The notes beneath the pieces were generated by a model, which did not search any database, was not told where the DNA came from, and saw nothing but the letters and a program-made list of their open reading frames with translations. A DNA stretch of 64,000 bases from Ostreococcus lucimarinus (lineage: Eukaryota). The stretch lies in assembly GCA_000092065.1 (NCBI GenBank), contig CP000596.1; one strand, 5' to 3'. Below are positions 20,677-30,552 of the stretch, piece by piece (position 1 is the first letter of the stretch; the number at the start of each line of letters is the position of its first letter). The position numbers were made by a program, and so were the translations under genes.

Positions 20677-20993
20677 GATCGTTCCCCTCTCGACGCGTAC
20701 TCTACGCGTTTTATCGCCATCGCGCACATTTTCCACACGTCCCCAAAGTGCGCGCGCCAGCGCATCGGTCGAGGGGAACGAGCGCTGACGGCGCGAGTCA
20801 CCGAATGTCCGAACCATCGCGCGTGATCACCGGTCGTGACTCAAAAAGAGTCATAATTCAATAAAATACGGTACGCGACGCATTGAGAGTCACAAAAACC
20901 CTAAACGACCGAAACGTCGATCGGCGTCGACCGACGCGCCGCGCCGCGCGTCGATCGACGCGCGACGACGGCGCGAGATCGCGACGCGACGCG

Positions 20994-21548
20994 ATGGCGT
21001 ACGCGGGCTACGCCCCGGGACACCGCGTCGTCGAGCGCACGCCGCTCGAGCGCGCGCTCCGCGCGATCGCGCGCCCGGAGACGCTCGATCTGCTCGAGCG
21101 ACTGAGCAAGAACGTCGCGCGCGCGCCGAGCGAGGCCAAGTATCGAAAGTTGAAGCGCGCGAACGCGACGATCGGGCGAGAGATATTCGACGACGAGCGC
21201 GCGATGCGGGCGATGATGACCATGGGGTGGATCGCGGAGACGATCGAGGGGTCGGAGTGCCTGACGCTGCCGAGAGGGACGACGACGACGATGCGAGAGG
21301 TGCGCGCGATGGACGAGGCGCGGACGGCGCTGCGACGAAGGCTGGAGGAGGAGATGCGGGCGAAGATACGAGCGAGAGCGATGGCGAATGATCCGCGGAG
21401 AGCGGCGCTGAGGGAGGCGGTGGAGGCGGATCGAGCGGAACGCGCGGTGAGGGAACCGGTGACGACGGGGTCGCGCGCCGCGGCGCGAGGGACGGGGACG
21501 ACGGTGACGGCGAAGGAGGTCGGCGCGTCGGGAAGCTCGGGGTGCTGA
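20994..21548 (+). CDS. PUB (PNGase/UBA-or-UBX) domain protein, likely a p97/Cdc48 adaptor
   Basis: ETLDLLERLSKNVARAPSEAKYRKLKRANATIGREIF...AMRAMMTMGWIAE fits the PUB-domain consensus (nP.e.KYR.i...N). Confidence 0.55.
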   Translation: MAYAGYAPGHRVVERTPLERALRAIARPETLDLLERLSKNVARAPSEAKYRKLKRANATIGREIFDDERAMRAMMTMGWIAETIEGSECLTLPRGTTTTMREVRAMDEARTALRRRLEEEMRAKIRARAMANDPRRAALREAVEADRAERAVREPVTTGSRAAARGTGTTVTAKEVGASGSSGC

Positions 21549-22020
21549 GGATAATGCGCTATTACGCGACGGCGCGATGTGAGCGGACGAGACGCGGACG
21601 CACCCGCTCGCTCGCTCGCTCGCGCGCGCGCTCGTCGCGTAATAGTCGCGCCGCGGCGCGCGTTCCGCGCGTTCGATTGGAACGGTCGCGCGCGATCTCG
21701 CGAGGAATTCGTTCGCATCGTCGCCGTGCGAAAACCATGGCTTCGACGATGACGACCACGACACAGTCCTCGCGACTCGCGCGCTCGTCGTGACGCCAAG
21801 TCGAGTAACCGTCGAGCGTCTCCGCGCTCGACGTTCGTCTTCGCCGATAACCGCCGAACAATCGACGCGAACGCTCGCGTAAGATTTATCACATCATTCA
21901 TTTCACGCGCCATCATTCTTTGTACGTTGTTATACACTACACTCATTCATACGCGAACGCTCGCCTCGCCGCCGTCTCGTCTCGCGCCCGCCGCACTTTG
22001 TCCCTCGCGCGTTCGCCGTC

Positions 22021-22884
22021 ATGCCCATCATCGACGTCGCCATCGGCCCGTTGATCCAAATGGCCGAGGCCGCGTCGCTCGGCATGCCGTTTGAGGTCTG
22101 GAAGACCCGCATGGGTCGTAAGCGCGACGAGAGCACGCTCCGCGCGTTCGCAAACATTTACCGCGAGGGCGGCCCTAGCGCTTTTTGGCGCGGAACGCAG
22201 GCGAAAATGGTGGAAAGCGCGACGAAAGGGGCGATATTGATGTACGCGAAGGAAGGCATAAACGATGGGTTACTCGCGAGCGGATGGACGCCCGGAGCGG
22301 CGGGCGTGGCGGCGGGCGCGGGTGGTGGGATCGCGCAGGTGAGCGTCATGGCGCCGACGACGTACTTGGTCACGGGCGCGGTGAACTCGCCCGGCATGTC
22401 GACGATGGAGCGGATACGGACGACGTACGCGCGGGGAGGGATCGGAGGATTTTATCCAGGCGGTGTCGCCATCGCGTTCCGGCAAGCGACGAATTGGGCG
22501 TCGAGACAAGGATTCACAGAGATCGTTCGCGAAAAGGCGCGAACGGCGATTTACGGCGACGCCGAGGGCGCGAAATTGACCAAGTGGGAAGAAGTCGGGT
22601 GCGGGATCGTCGGTGGGACGTTGGCGTCGTGGAATCATCCGTTTGAAGTCGCGCGGATCGAGGCGCAGAGTCGTGGGAACGCCGGAATTCCCACCGGGAA
22701 CATGGTGAGCGTGATGCGCGACATCGTCAAGGAGAGCGGCGTCGGCGGTTTGTTTCGCGGCATCGTTCCTCGCATCGGATTGGGAATTTGGCAGACGCTC
22801 TTCATGGTGACCGGGGCAAAGATGGTGAAGGAGACTTTGAAAGAGAACGGGTATCTCGAGAACGCCGGTTCGGGCGGGCATTAA
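22021..22884 (+). CDS. Mitochondrial carrier family (solute carrier 25-like) protein
   Basis: Repeated PFEVWKTRMG and PFEVARIEAQ signature-like motifs and GxxxG-rich helices. The size is about 287 aa. Confidence 0.6.
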   Translation: MPIIDVAIGPLIQMAEAASLGMPFEVWKTRMGRKRDESTLRAFANIYREGGPSAFWRGTQAKMVESATKGAILMYAKEGINDGLLASGWTPGAAGVAAGAGGGIAQVSVMAPTTYLVTGAVNSPGMSTMERIRTTYARGGIGGFYPGGVAIAFRQATNWASRQGFTEIVREKARTAIYGDAEGAKLTKWEEVGCGIVGGTLASWNHPFEVARIEAQSRGNAGIPTGNMVSVMRDIVKESGVGGLFRGIVPRIGLGIWQTLFMVTGAKMVKETLKENGYLENAGSGGH

Positions 22885-22968
22885 TCAATACGATCTTTTC
22901 GTCAGTCTTTGTTGAGCGCGACTCCTTTCTAATCCTCCGAAACATCACATCTCGTCGCGTCGTTCAAG

Positions 22969-24237
22969 ATGTCAATCCGCGCCGTGCTCGCGTCACTCAA
23001 CGATCCGCGCGATCGTCGATGCGTGCGCATCGTCTGCGTCGCGTTAATCGCGTTCGAACTCGCGTTGTGCGCGGTAATCATCGCCAAAGTTGCCTACACA
23101 GAAATCGATTGGATCGCGTACATGGAGGAAGTGCACGGCTATGCGCGAGGCGAGCGCGATTACACCAAACTGAAAGGTGGCACTGGACCTTTGGTATACC
23201 CAGCTGGGTTCGTGTACGCGTACAAGGCGCTGTATGATTTGGTGGGTGGGCTTGAACGCGGGACGAGCGCGCGCGGCGTGGCGACGGCGCAAGTCGTCTT
23301 CGCGTTAGTGTACGCCGCGCATCAAGCGCTGGTGTTCTCGATGTACGCGATGTGTGAAATTATACCACCGTGGGCGTACGCATTGTTGTGCCTGTCGAAG
23401 CGCGTACACAGTATTTTTGTGCTTAGAATGTTCAACGACGGCGTCGCGATGGCGTTGGCGTATGGCGCGACGACGTTGTTTCAACGCAAAAGGTGGATCG
23501 CGGGGAGCGTGGTGTTTTCTCTCGGAGTGTCGGTGAAGATGAACGTATTATTGATGCTTCCTGGGTTATTGGTACTGCTGGTAGGAGGTACGAGCGCGGG
23601 AACGGCCATCGGAGCTGTCGCGGCGATTGTGGGGACGCAAATCGCGCTCGGCGCGCCGTTTCTTGCGACGTATCCTCGCGAGTATCTAAGCCGCGCGTTC
23701 GAGCTCGGTCGCGTGTTCACGCACAAGTGGAGCGTCAACTTCAAGTTTGTGTCGGAAGACATTTTTGTGTCGAAGTCATTCGCAAAATACCTACTTCTTG
23801 CGCACTTGGTCTGCTTGTTTGTCTTCGCGCACCGACGGTGGTGCGCACGCGAAGGGGGATTTTTCTTCAATTTCGTGCGAGATTTCTTCAAACGCTTGCT
23901 CCTGAGGAACGTTGATGGCGTGCAATCGACGTTTACCCCCGCGCACGTCGCGCTGGTGCTGGCGCAGAGTAACTTGATCGGCATCGTTTTTGCGCGTTCG
24001 TTGCATTATCAATTTTATTCGTGGTACTTTCACACTATACCCCTGTTGCTTTGGTCCAACCCACGAGTGCCGGTGGGGGCTAAGCTCGCAATCATGGGTG
24101 CGATAGAGTGGTGTTGGAACGTCTACCCGTCCACGCCGACGTCGAGTAAGATTTTCGTCGTCATTCACCTCGGTGTTCTGGCAGTTGCTTACGCCGCGCC
24201 GACGGCGTCGAGACGTGGCAAACAAAAGAGCGCGTAG
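22969..24237 (+). CDS. ALG3: Dol-P-Man:Man5GlcNAc2-PP-Dol alpha-1,3-mannosyltransferase
   Basis: Strong blocks: YTEIDWIAYMEEVHGYARGERDYTKLKGGTGPLVYPAGFVY, RVHSIFVLRMFNDGVAMA, VSVKMNVLLMLPGLL, FARSLHYQFYSWYFH. A TGTAA follows at 24249..24253. Confidence 0.9.
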   Translation: MSIRAVLASLNDPRDRRCVRIVCVALIAFELALCAVIIAKVAYTEIDWIAYMEEVHGYARGERDYTKLKGGTGPLVYPAGFVYAYKALYDLVGGLERGTSARGVATAQVVFALVYAAHQALVFSMYAMCEIIPPWAYALLCLSKRVHSIFVLRMFNDGVAMALAYGATTLFQRKRWIAGSVVFSLGVSVKMNVLLMLPGLLVLLVGGTSAGTAIGAVAAIVGTQIALGAPFLATYPREYLSRAFELGRVFTHKWSVNFKFVSEDIFVSKSFAKYLLLAHLVCLFVFAHRRWCAREGGFFFNFVRDFFKRLLLRNVDGVQSTFTPAHVALVLAQSNLIGIVFARSLHYQFYSWYFHTIPLLLWSNPRVPVGAKLAIMGAIEWCWNVYPSTPTSSKIFVVIHLGVLAVAYAAPTASRRGKQKSA

Positions 24238-24311
24238 TGTGAGTAGTGTGTAATAGCCTAGCTTAGAGCCCACAATTGTACAAAATGATAGATATATATA
24301 CAAAGCAGGTA

Positions 24312-25382
24312 CTAAATCTGAATCCCGAAGAAACGATCCCAAAACGTCGCCGTTCGCGTGACGTAGAAGCTTCGTCCCGACGGCGACGTCAAAGGTCCTT
24401 CGTAATCCACGGAGTCCGTCATCTCGCCGTAGCCTTTACCCGCGCCAGCCATGACGCGATCATCGTCGTATTCTTCTAGTAAGCCCGCTTCTTTGAGTTT
24501 ATCTTGAAGCTCCGACCGTCTGGCCTCCATGGTGAGCACCAAGTCGCCCAACGCGCGCGTGCGCTGACGATCAATTTGACGCAGCCTAGCCACCGCCTCG
24601 GCTTGCTGTTGTGCCTGTTGCAGCACGCTTCGCGTCTGTTCGATGAGTTCAAACTGCCCCTCGTCGTTTAATTCCTTAATCTCGACATTAATCGACACCG
24701 GTCGCTCGCCAATCAAATCAAACTCGTTTTCGCGTTGCTGCAACAAGCGCCGCACCGCCTGCAATTCTCGCTCCTTTTCTTGATGCTGCGCGTGCAAGTC
24801 CTGCATTTTCTGCGTCAACTCCTTCACGCGCGTGATCAAAACACCATTCTGATGCTCCACACTCCCAGGAAGCGCACCCCCGGTCTGCTCTACCGTCTGT
24901 CCCTGCAGCGCCGCCTTGCGCACCGCGCTCAAAGATTTCGCCGTCTCTCGCAATATATTCTCCGTCACCTCCCGCTTCATCGTCTCTCGCACCAGCGTCG
25001 CCTGCGTCTCAAACAACCTCTTCTCATTCGTCTCCACCTTTTCCTCCAAATTCATCTCCTCGTACCGCTTCAACGGCGTCCTCGACCGCGCGCTCGCGCT
25101 CGTCGCCGGCGTCCTCGTCGCCGTCTCTCCGTTCCCGCGCTCTCCGAGCGTCGTCAACCGTCCGTTCGTCGCCTCCGGCGCCGGCACCGGTCGCGATCCG
25201 ATCGCTCGCGGCCGATTCGCGGCGCCATCGACGACGCGTTTCGTCACCGTTCGCACCGGGATCTCGTCCACGGTTTGAATCGTCTTCACCGTGCGCGTCA
25301 CCGTGCGCGTCACCGTCGTCCCGTCCGCGAGCGTCTCGGTGTTTTCGTTCGTTTCGCGCGCTTTCGCGTCGCCCTCGCCCAT
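24312..25382 (-). CDS. Coiled-coil protein, unknown function
   Basis: Long heptad-like Q/E/R/L-rich stretch (QKMQDLHAQHQEKERELQAVRRLLQQRENEF...). The codon usage is coherent. Confidence 0.45.
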   Translation of the reverse strand: MGEGDAKARETNENTETLADGTTVTRTVTRTVKTIQTVDEIPVRTVTKRVVDGAANRPRAIGSRPVPAPEATNGRLTTLGERGNGETATRTPATSASARSRTPLKRYEEMNLEEKVETNEKRLFETQATLVRETMKREVTENILRETAKSLSAVRKAALQGQTVEQTGGALPGSVEHQNGVLITRVKELTQKMQDLHAQHQEKERELQAVRRLLQQRENEFDLIGERPVSINVEIKELNDEGQFELIEQTRSVLQQAQQQAEAVARLRQIDRQRTRALGDLVLTMEARRSELQDKLKEAGLLEEYDDDRVMAGAGKGYGEMTDSVDYEGPLTSPSGRSFYVTRTATFWDRFFGIQI

Positions 25383-25646
25383 GGCGGTCGTCGCGCCGTC
25401 GCGCGCGCGCGTGTGACGTCGTCGCCGCGAATCGAATCGGGGTGTCGGGCGCGCCGAACCCTAAACCCTAACTAAACGCGCGACACTAATCGACGCGTCG
25501 TTCGATTCGCGCGAACGACGCGATGGCGACGAAAGCGCGCGCGGTCGGTGCGTGAGAGCGCGCGAGGGCGCGCGCGAGCGTCGACGCGACGCCTCGACGA
25601 CGACGACGACGACGCGGAAGCGCGCGGTCGATGAGATTCGTGACGA

Positions 25647-26801
25647 TTGATTGATTTCTTCGTGACGCGACGCTTCCATCGGGACGCGACGCCTCGACGA
25701 CGACGACGACGACGACTGACGAGCGATGGATTGGACGCGAGCGCAGCGGCGACGAAGGCGAGCCTGGACGCGTTCGAGACGATCGACGTCGAGCGACACG
25801 CCGTCGGGGACGATGACGTGAGCTTCGACTTGGCGTATTGCGGTATATGCCACACCGACCTGCACTTCGCGATGAACGACTTGGGGAACACGCGGTATCC
25901 GATCGTTCCGGGACACGAGCTCATCGGAACGGTGACGGAGGTTGGTAAAAATGCGGCGTCGAGAGGTTTCGCGATCGGGGACGTCGTCGGCGTGGGATGC
26001 ATCGTGGATTCGTGCTTGGCTTGTAAATACTGCGCCTCGAACGAAGAACAATATTGCGAAGCGGGCATGACGATGACGTACGGCGGCGAAACGAAGCATG
26101 GGCGAGCCGGCCCGAACGGTCAAATCACCGTCGGTGGGTACAGTACCAAGCACGTCGTCGACTCAAGATTCGCGATTAAGATTCCCAAGGGCGTGGATGA
26201 CCTCGCTGCGTGCGCGCCCCTTATGTGCGCCGGTATCACGCTGTTTGATCCCATCAAGGCGTTCGGCGTGCGAGAGGGCATGCGAGTCGGCGTCGCGGGT
26301 ATCGGTGGATTGGGTCAAATGGGGATTAAAATCGCCGCCGCGCTCGGCGCCGAGGTCACCGCGATTTCTCGCACGAACGCCAAGGAGGCCAAGGCCAAAG
26401 CCGCCGGCGCGAAGCACTTCATCGCGTCGTCGGACGCCGAGGCGATGAAGAACGCCGCGGGCTCGCTTGACTTGATTCTTGACACCGTCTCCGCTAGCCA
26501 CGACAGCGAACCGTACGCGGCCATGCTCGATAAGAAGGGCACACTGTGCTTGCTTGGGTTACAAACGGCGCCCGTCGCGGTGAACGCGACGCAGTTTGTC
26601 TTCAACCGCATCGCCGTCACCGGATCGTTGATCGGTGGCATCAAAAATACACAAGAGATGATCGATTTTTGCGTCGAGAAGAAGCTGTATCCGGAAATCA
26701 AAATTATCGACGCGAAGGAAATTCCCGAAGCGCTCAAGAACTTGAACGACGGTAACGACGCGGGCGTTCGATACGTCATCGACTGCAAGACAATCAAGTA
26801 G
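25647..26801 (+). CDS. Zn-dependent medium-chain alcohol dehydrogenase, cinnamyl/mannitol-dehydrogenase-like
   Basis: GICHTDLH with GHE and a structural-Zn Cys cluster (CLACKYCASNEEQYC). The NAD(P) GxGxxG motif is GVAGIGGLG. The N-terminal 25 aa look atypical, so an upstream exon or alternative start is possible. Confidence 0.8.
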   Translation: MIDFFVTRRFHRDATPRRRRRRRLTSDGLDASAAATKASLDAFETIDVERHAVGDDDVSFDLAYCGICHTDLHFAMNDLGNTRYPIVPGHELIGTVTEVGKNAASRGFAIGDVVGVGCIVDSCLACKYCASNEEQYCEAGMTMTYGGETKHGRAGPNGQITVGGYSTKHVVDSRFAIKIPKGVDDLAACAPLMCAGITLFDPIKAFGVREGMRVGVAGIGGLGQMGIKIAAALGAEVTAISRTNAKEAKAKAAGAKHFIASSDAEAMKNAAGSLDLILDTVSASHDSEPYAAMLDKKGTLCLLGLQTAPVAVNATQFVFNRIAVTGSLIGGIKNTQEMIDFCVEKKLYPEIKIIDAKEIPEALKNLNDGNDAGVRYVIDCKTIK

Positions 26802-26879
26802 ATGCGCGGATCTCTTTTATTTTTCAATCTTACGAAATTCTTTACTACAGCTCTGCATTTCAATTTCAAATCATTCGCG

Positions 26880-28466
26880 CTAAGACGAAGAATCCTCCGC
26901 CGTGACGCCTGACATCACCGTCGCTTCTCTTTCCAATCTCTCTAAAAGTCGAATCTTGTCCGCATATTTCCAATACGGATTGGCGTCGAGCGTGTTCACC
27001 GCCATCTTCGACATTTCGCGCAAGACGTTGTCTTTGTCGATGTCGGAGACGACGGCTTCGAGCGAGGCGCGTTCGGCGAGGAAGTTATCGCGGAAAGGAG
27101 ACAAACCCGCGCGCTTACGCATCAAACGTTCGTAATCGCGCTGCTGCGCTCTCGCCTCCACCGCTTCCTTCTTCAAAAACTCAAACTCTTCCTCGCTCTC
27201 CACCTCGGCGGCTTGCATCAGCCACTCCTTGTTCGCTTCGACGTACTCTTCGTCGCTCTGCGCTCGTTCTTGGCTCCCAAGGCGTGGCGTTTCGATGATA
27301 TGCGCAACATCGAGGTTTTCGTGGAACAAAAGCAAACTCTTACGATCGAACTCTTGCCTGTCATAATCGTAAGTCTTGTTCTCGGCTTGAAGCTGACGCG
27401 CGACGCGAATGCGCTCGGTGAGCGCCTGTTGAATCTTCGCGTCTTGCGCGTCGCCTCTCTTCTCGCGACGACGCGTCGACGGCGCAGCGCGTCTACGCTG
27501 TGCGATACCCATTCCCATGGCGCCATCCTTGCTACGTCGCGACGACGTGGATGCTAAAAGCGATGGATCAAACTTCAAATCATCCACCGAGCCGCCGTCG
27601 GTGCGTCGCTTGTAGCGAGGCACGAAAAATTTAACATTTTCTCGCCCCGCGGCGACGCGTTCGGCACGCCGCGCTTCAGACATCTCCCGCGCCTTTGCCT
27701 TCTGATCCATTAACTTTTCTGCTCGAATCTTGCGACGATTTGCAATCTCCGCCTCTCGCCTCTCCAACGCCTCCGCCGCCGCCTCCGCGTCCAACGGTTC
27801 GCCGTCGTCGCCGACGAGCGACGTCAAATTCTCAATCACTTTTCGCGACTTTCGCCTCGGCGTCGGTGACATCTCCTCAACTTCCCCTTCTTGCGGTTTC
27901 TTTGCCGCTAATCGCAACACCAACGCCCCCGGCGCGCCGTCCAGCGCCCCCAACTCGCCCTCGCTCGCCGCCGCGATCGCCTTCTCCGCGTGTTCCGCCC
28001 TCACGAAGCGCACCAGCCCGCCCGGCCACGGCCCCTCGGGATTCAGCGCTTTCGCCGATAATATCGGTCCATACTTTCTAAACGTCCGCTTCAGCATGTC
28101 CTCGTCCACGCCCGGCGGCATGTTTTTCACGTAGACGTTCGCCGCGTCCCGAGGCGACGGTTCGAGCCTCGCTCGCGTCTGCGCCGTCCGTCGTCGCGTC
28201 CGCCGTTTCGCCGTCTCCGCGTCCCGCGCCGTCGCGTCGTCACCCTCGTCATCGTTCGTCGCTCGCGTCGTCGTCGCGTTCGCGTCCTCGCCCGCGTCGT
28301 CGTCGTCGTCGCCGTTCGTCGTCGTCGTCGACAGAAACCTAAGCGCGATCGCGCGCCCGCTCGCGCGCGTCGCGCTCGCGCTCGCGCGATGCGACGCCTC
28401 GTCGGCGAAGCGCGCGCGCGTCAGCGCCTCCGCGAGCGCGCCGCGGGCGAGCGCGCGAAGCCGCAT
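26880..28466 (-). CDS. RRM-domain RNA-binding protein
   Basis: VYVKNMPPGVDEDMLKRTFRKYGPILSAK...GGLVRFVRAEHAEKAI contains RNP2/RNP1-like motifs. The rest is a charged or coiled region. Confidence 0.55.
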   Translation of the reverse strand: MRLRALARGALAEALTRARFADEASHRASASATRASGRAIALRFLSTTTTNGDDDDDAGEDANATTTRATNDDEGDDATARDAETAKRRTRRRTAQTRARLEPSPRDAANVYVKNMPPGVDEDMLKRTFRKYGPILSAKALNPEGPWPGGLVRFVRAEHAEKAIAAASEGELGALDGAPGALVLRLAAKKPQEGEVEEMSPTPRRKSRKVIENLTSLVGDDGEPLDAEAAAEALERREAEIANRRKIRAEKLMDQKAKAREMSEARRAERVAAGRENVKFFVPRYKRRTDGGSVDDLKFDPSLLASTSSRRSKDGAMGMGIAQRRRAAPSTRRREKRGDAQDAKIQQALTERIRVARQLQAENKTYDYDRQEFDRKSLLLFHENLDVAHIIETPRLGSQERAQSDEEYVEANKEWLMQAAEVESEEEFEFLKKEAVEARAQQRDYERLMRKRAGLSPFRDNFLAERASLEAVVSDIDKDNVLREMSKMAVNTLDANPYWKYADKIRLLERLEREATVMSGVTAEDSSS

Positions 28467-28519
28467 CGCGCGCCGCGCGTCGCGATCTGCGCCGCGTCAC
28501 ATCGCGCCGCGTCATCGTC

Positions 28520-29443
28520 ATGACGCTCGCGCGGCGCGCACCGCGCGTCTCGGTCGCCCTCGCGCGCGACGAGGGACGATCGCGACGACGCGCGCCCGAG
28601 CGCGCCCGAGCGCGTCGCGGCGCGCGCGCGCGGGCGAAGGAATCGAGCGGAGACTTCATCACGGACGTCGTCGGGAAGATTTTCGGCGCCGACGCGCTCG
28701 CGGACCCCGAACCGTTCGGACTGAAGCGCATGAACAAGGACGAGTGGCCCGATCAGTGGCCCGCGGAGACGACGGCGTCGGCGGCGGCGCTGGCGAGCGA
28801 CGAGGGGGAGGTGAGGGAGATTCGACCGGCGCTGAAGCAGACGCAGTTGGAAAAGTTGGCGCTCGGGTGCGCGTACGACGCGAGGACGCACGGGTGGTCG
28901 GCGCGCGCGTTTCACACGCAACTCGACGGTCAGGGCGCGGCCGTGTTGGTCGGGAAGACGGCGGACGGGGAGACGTTCGGAGGATATAATCCGATCGGTT
29001 GGTTGGGATACGGCGAAGCGCGCGACGCCATCTCGGCGTTTTTGTACGTGCTCGATCGAAAAACGGGTAAAGCCGTCAAGCTGCCCAAGACGGGCGGGAG
29101 CGGCATGGCGATCATCGATGAGGATGGGAAAGGGCCGCAGTGGGGGCCGGACGGGTTGAAGATTTCGCTCGAGGGACGAAGCGCGAGGTCGCGGTTGGGG
29201 ACGTATTACGAAACCATGCCAGACGGCGGCGACTGCATGTTCGCGAACACCAAGCGCGGATCACCCGTGGAACTCACCGAGCTTCGCGTCTACGTGTCCT
29301 TAGAGGACACCGAGATCGCGAAAAATTACCAGCCGAACGCGTTGCAGTGGCAAAAGGGGGAACTGGAAGAGATTCGATCGAACGACGACGACCCAAACCA
29401 CATGGACGGGTTCTTCGGCAAACTCTTCGGCAAGAAAAAGTAA
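28520..29443 (+). CDS. TLDc-domain protein with an N-terminal targeting peptide
   Basis: AYDARTHGWSARAFHTQLDGQGAAVLVGKTADGETFGGYNPIGW...ELRVYV fits the TLDc pattern (F..GGY....W; the block ends in a variable stretch). Confidence 0.5.
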   Translation: MTLARRAPRVSVALARDEGRSRRRAPERARARRGARARAKESSGDFITDVVGKIFGADALADPEPFGLKRMNKDEWPDQWPAETTASAAALASDEGEVREIRPALKQTQLEKLALGCAYDARTHGWSARAFHTQLDGQGAAVLVGKTADGETFGGYNPIGWLGYGEARDAISAFLYVLDRKTGKAVKLPKTGGSGMAIIDEDGKGPQWGPDGLKISLEGRSARSRLGTYYETMPDGGDCMFANTKRGSPVELTELRVYVSLEDTEIAKNYQPNALQWQKGELEEIRSNDDDPNHMDGFFGKLFGKKK

Positions 29444-29512
29444 TATGTATTAGCGGCAGCTTTTAATCGATGTTGTACAACGCGTGCGCGCAAATAATAT
29501 CGATTCGTCAAT

Positions 29513-30196
29513 CTATTGCCCCTCCGGCATGGCGTCCGGCGGATTCTCCGCGAGCTCGCGCTCGAACGCCTCGAGCGCTTCCTCGTCTTCGCGTTTCAGC
29601 CGCATCCCTCTGTGCCCGCCCGGATACCGTCCCTCCACGAACGCCTTCGCCGCCGTCAGGCTCATCCGCATCTTAAACATCACGTACGCCACCGCCACCG
29701 ACGGCGCCTTCGACCGCCCGCTCATGCAATACACCAACACTCTCATCGGATAAGACTCGTACGCCCTCGCCGACCGCGCGTGCAGCGCCTGCAAGCGCTC
29801 GCACGCGTGTCTAAAATCCAACCCCCTCTCCGGCGGTTCCCTCGCGTTCAGCGTCACCACGCTCAAATACTTCCCACTGCAGCACGGCGTGCAGCTCGGC
29901 ACCGCGTTTATCACCGTTCGCACCCCCGCCGCGAGCAGCGCGCGTTCGCTCGACGTGTGCTCGAACGCGCCCACCAGCATGAACCTCTCGATCACCTCCA
30001 CCACCGTCGTCGACTGCGCGCGCGCCCGAGCGCCGCCGTCCCGCGTCGTCGCTCGTCCGCGCGCGTCGCGGGACGCCTCCGCGTCGCGCGCGCGCACGTG
30101 CCCGCACTCCGCGCACGTCGTCCCGCGCGCGTGGTAGTGCTCGCACGTCTCGCAGCGCTCGTCCGCGAGCGCCTCGTCGCTCGCGCGCTTGGGCAT
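29513..30196 (-). CDS. Dual-specificity-phosphatase-like protein with an N-terminal C4 zinc finger and a non-canonical P-loop
   Basis: DSP fold blocks are present (AGVRTVINA...LVYCMSGRSKAPSVAVAYVMF). The catalytic loop reads YCMSGRSK rather than HCxxGxxR. The N-terminus has CETCEHY...CAECGH. The start is the ATG at 30196; the longer ORF to 30727 is probably spurious. Confidence 0.5.
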   Translation of the reverse strand: MPKRASDEALADERCETCEHYHARGTTCAECGHVRARDAEASRDARGRATTRDGGARARAQSTTVVEVIERFMLVGAFEHTSSERALLAAGVRTVINAVPSCTPCCSGKYLSVVTLNAREPPERGLDFRHACERLQALHARSARAYESYPMRVLVYCMSGRSKAPSVAVAYVMFKMRMSLTAAKAFVEGRYPGGHRGMRLKREDEEALEAFERELAENPPDAMPEGQ

Positions 30197-30552
30197 CGCG
30201 CGCGCGGCGACGGCGACGCGATCGGCGTTCGATCGCGATCGCGTCGCGAGCCGACGCTTCGCGCGCGCGGCGCACTGGCGACGAATCGACGAATCGCCGC
30301 GCGTCGTCGTCGCGTCGCCGGACACGACGGCGCGCGCGCGAACGCCGAGCGACGACGCGCGAGACCGCGACGCGCGGCGATTCGTCGATTCGCGCGACGC
30401 GCCGGATCGCGCGACGCGCCGGATCGCGCGAGAGGACGCGAGAGGACGCGAGAGGACGCGCTTCGACGAGTCGGCACCGATGCCGCGATCGCGCGCGACG
30501 ACGCGCGACGACGACGACGCGTGCGATGCGAACGGCGACGATCCGTGCGCGA

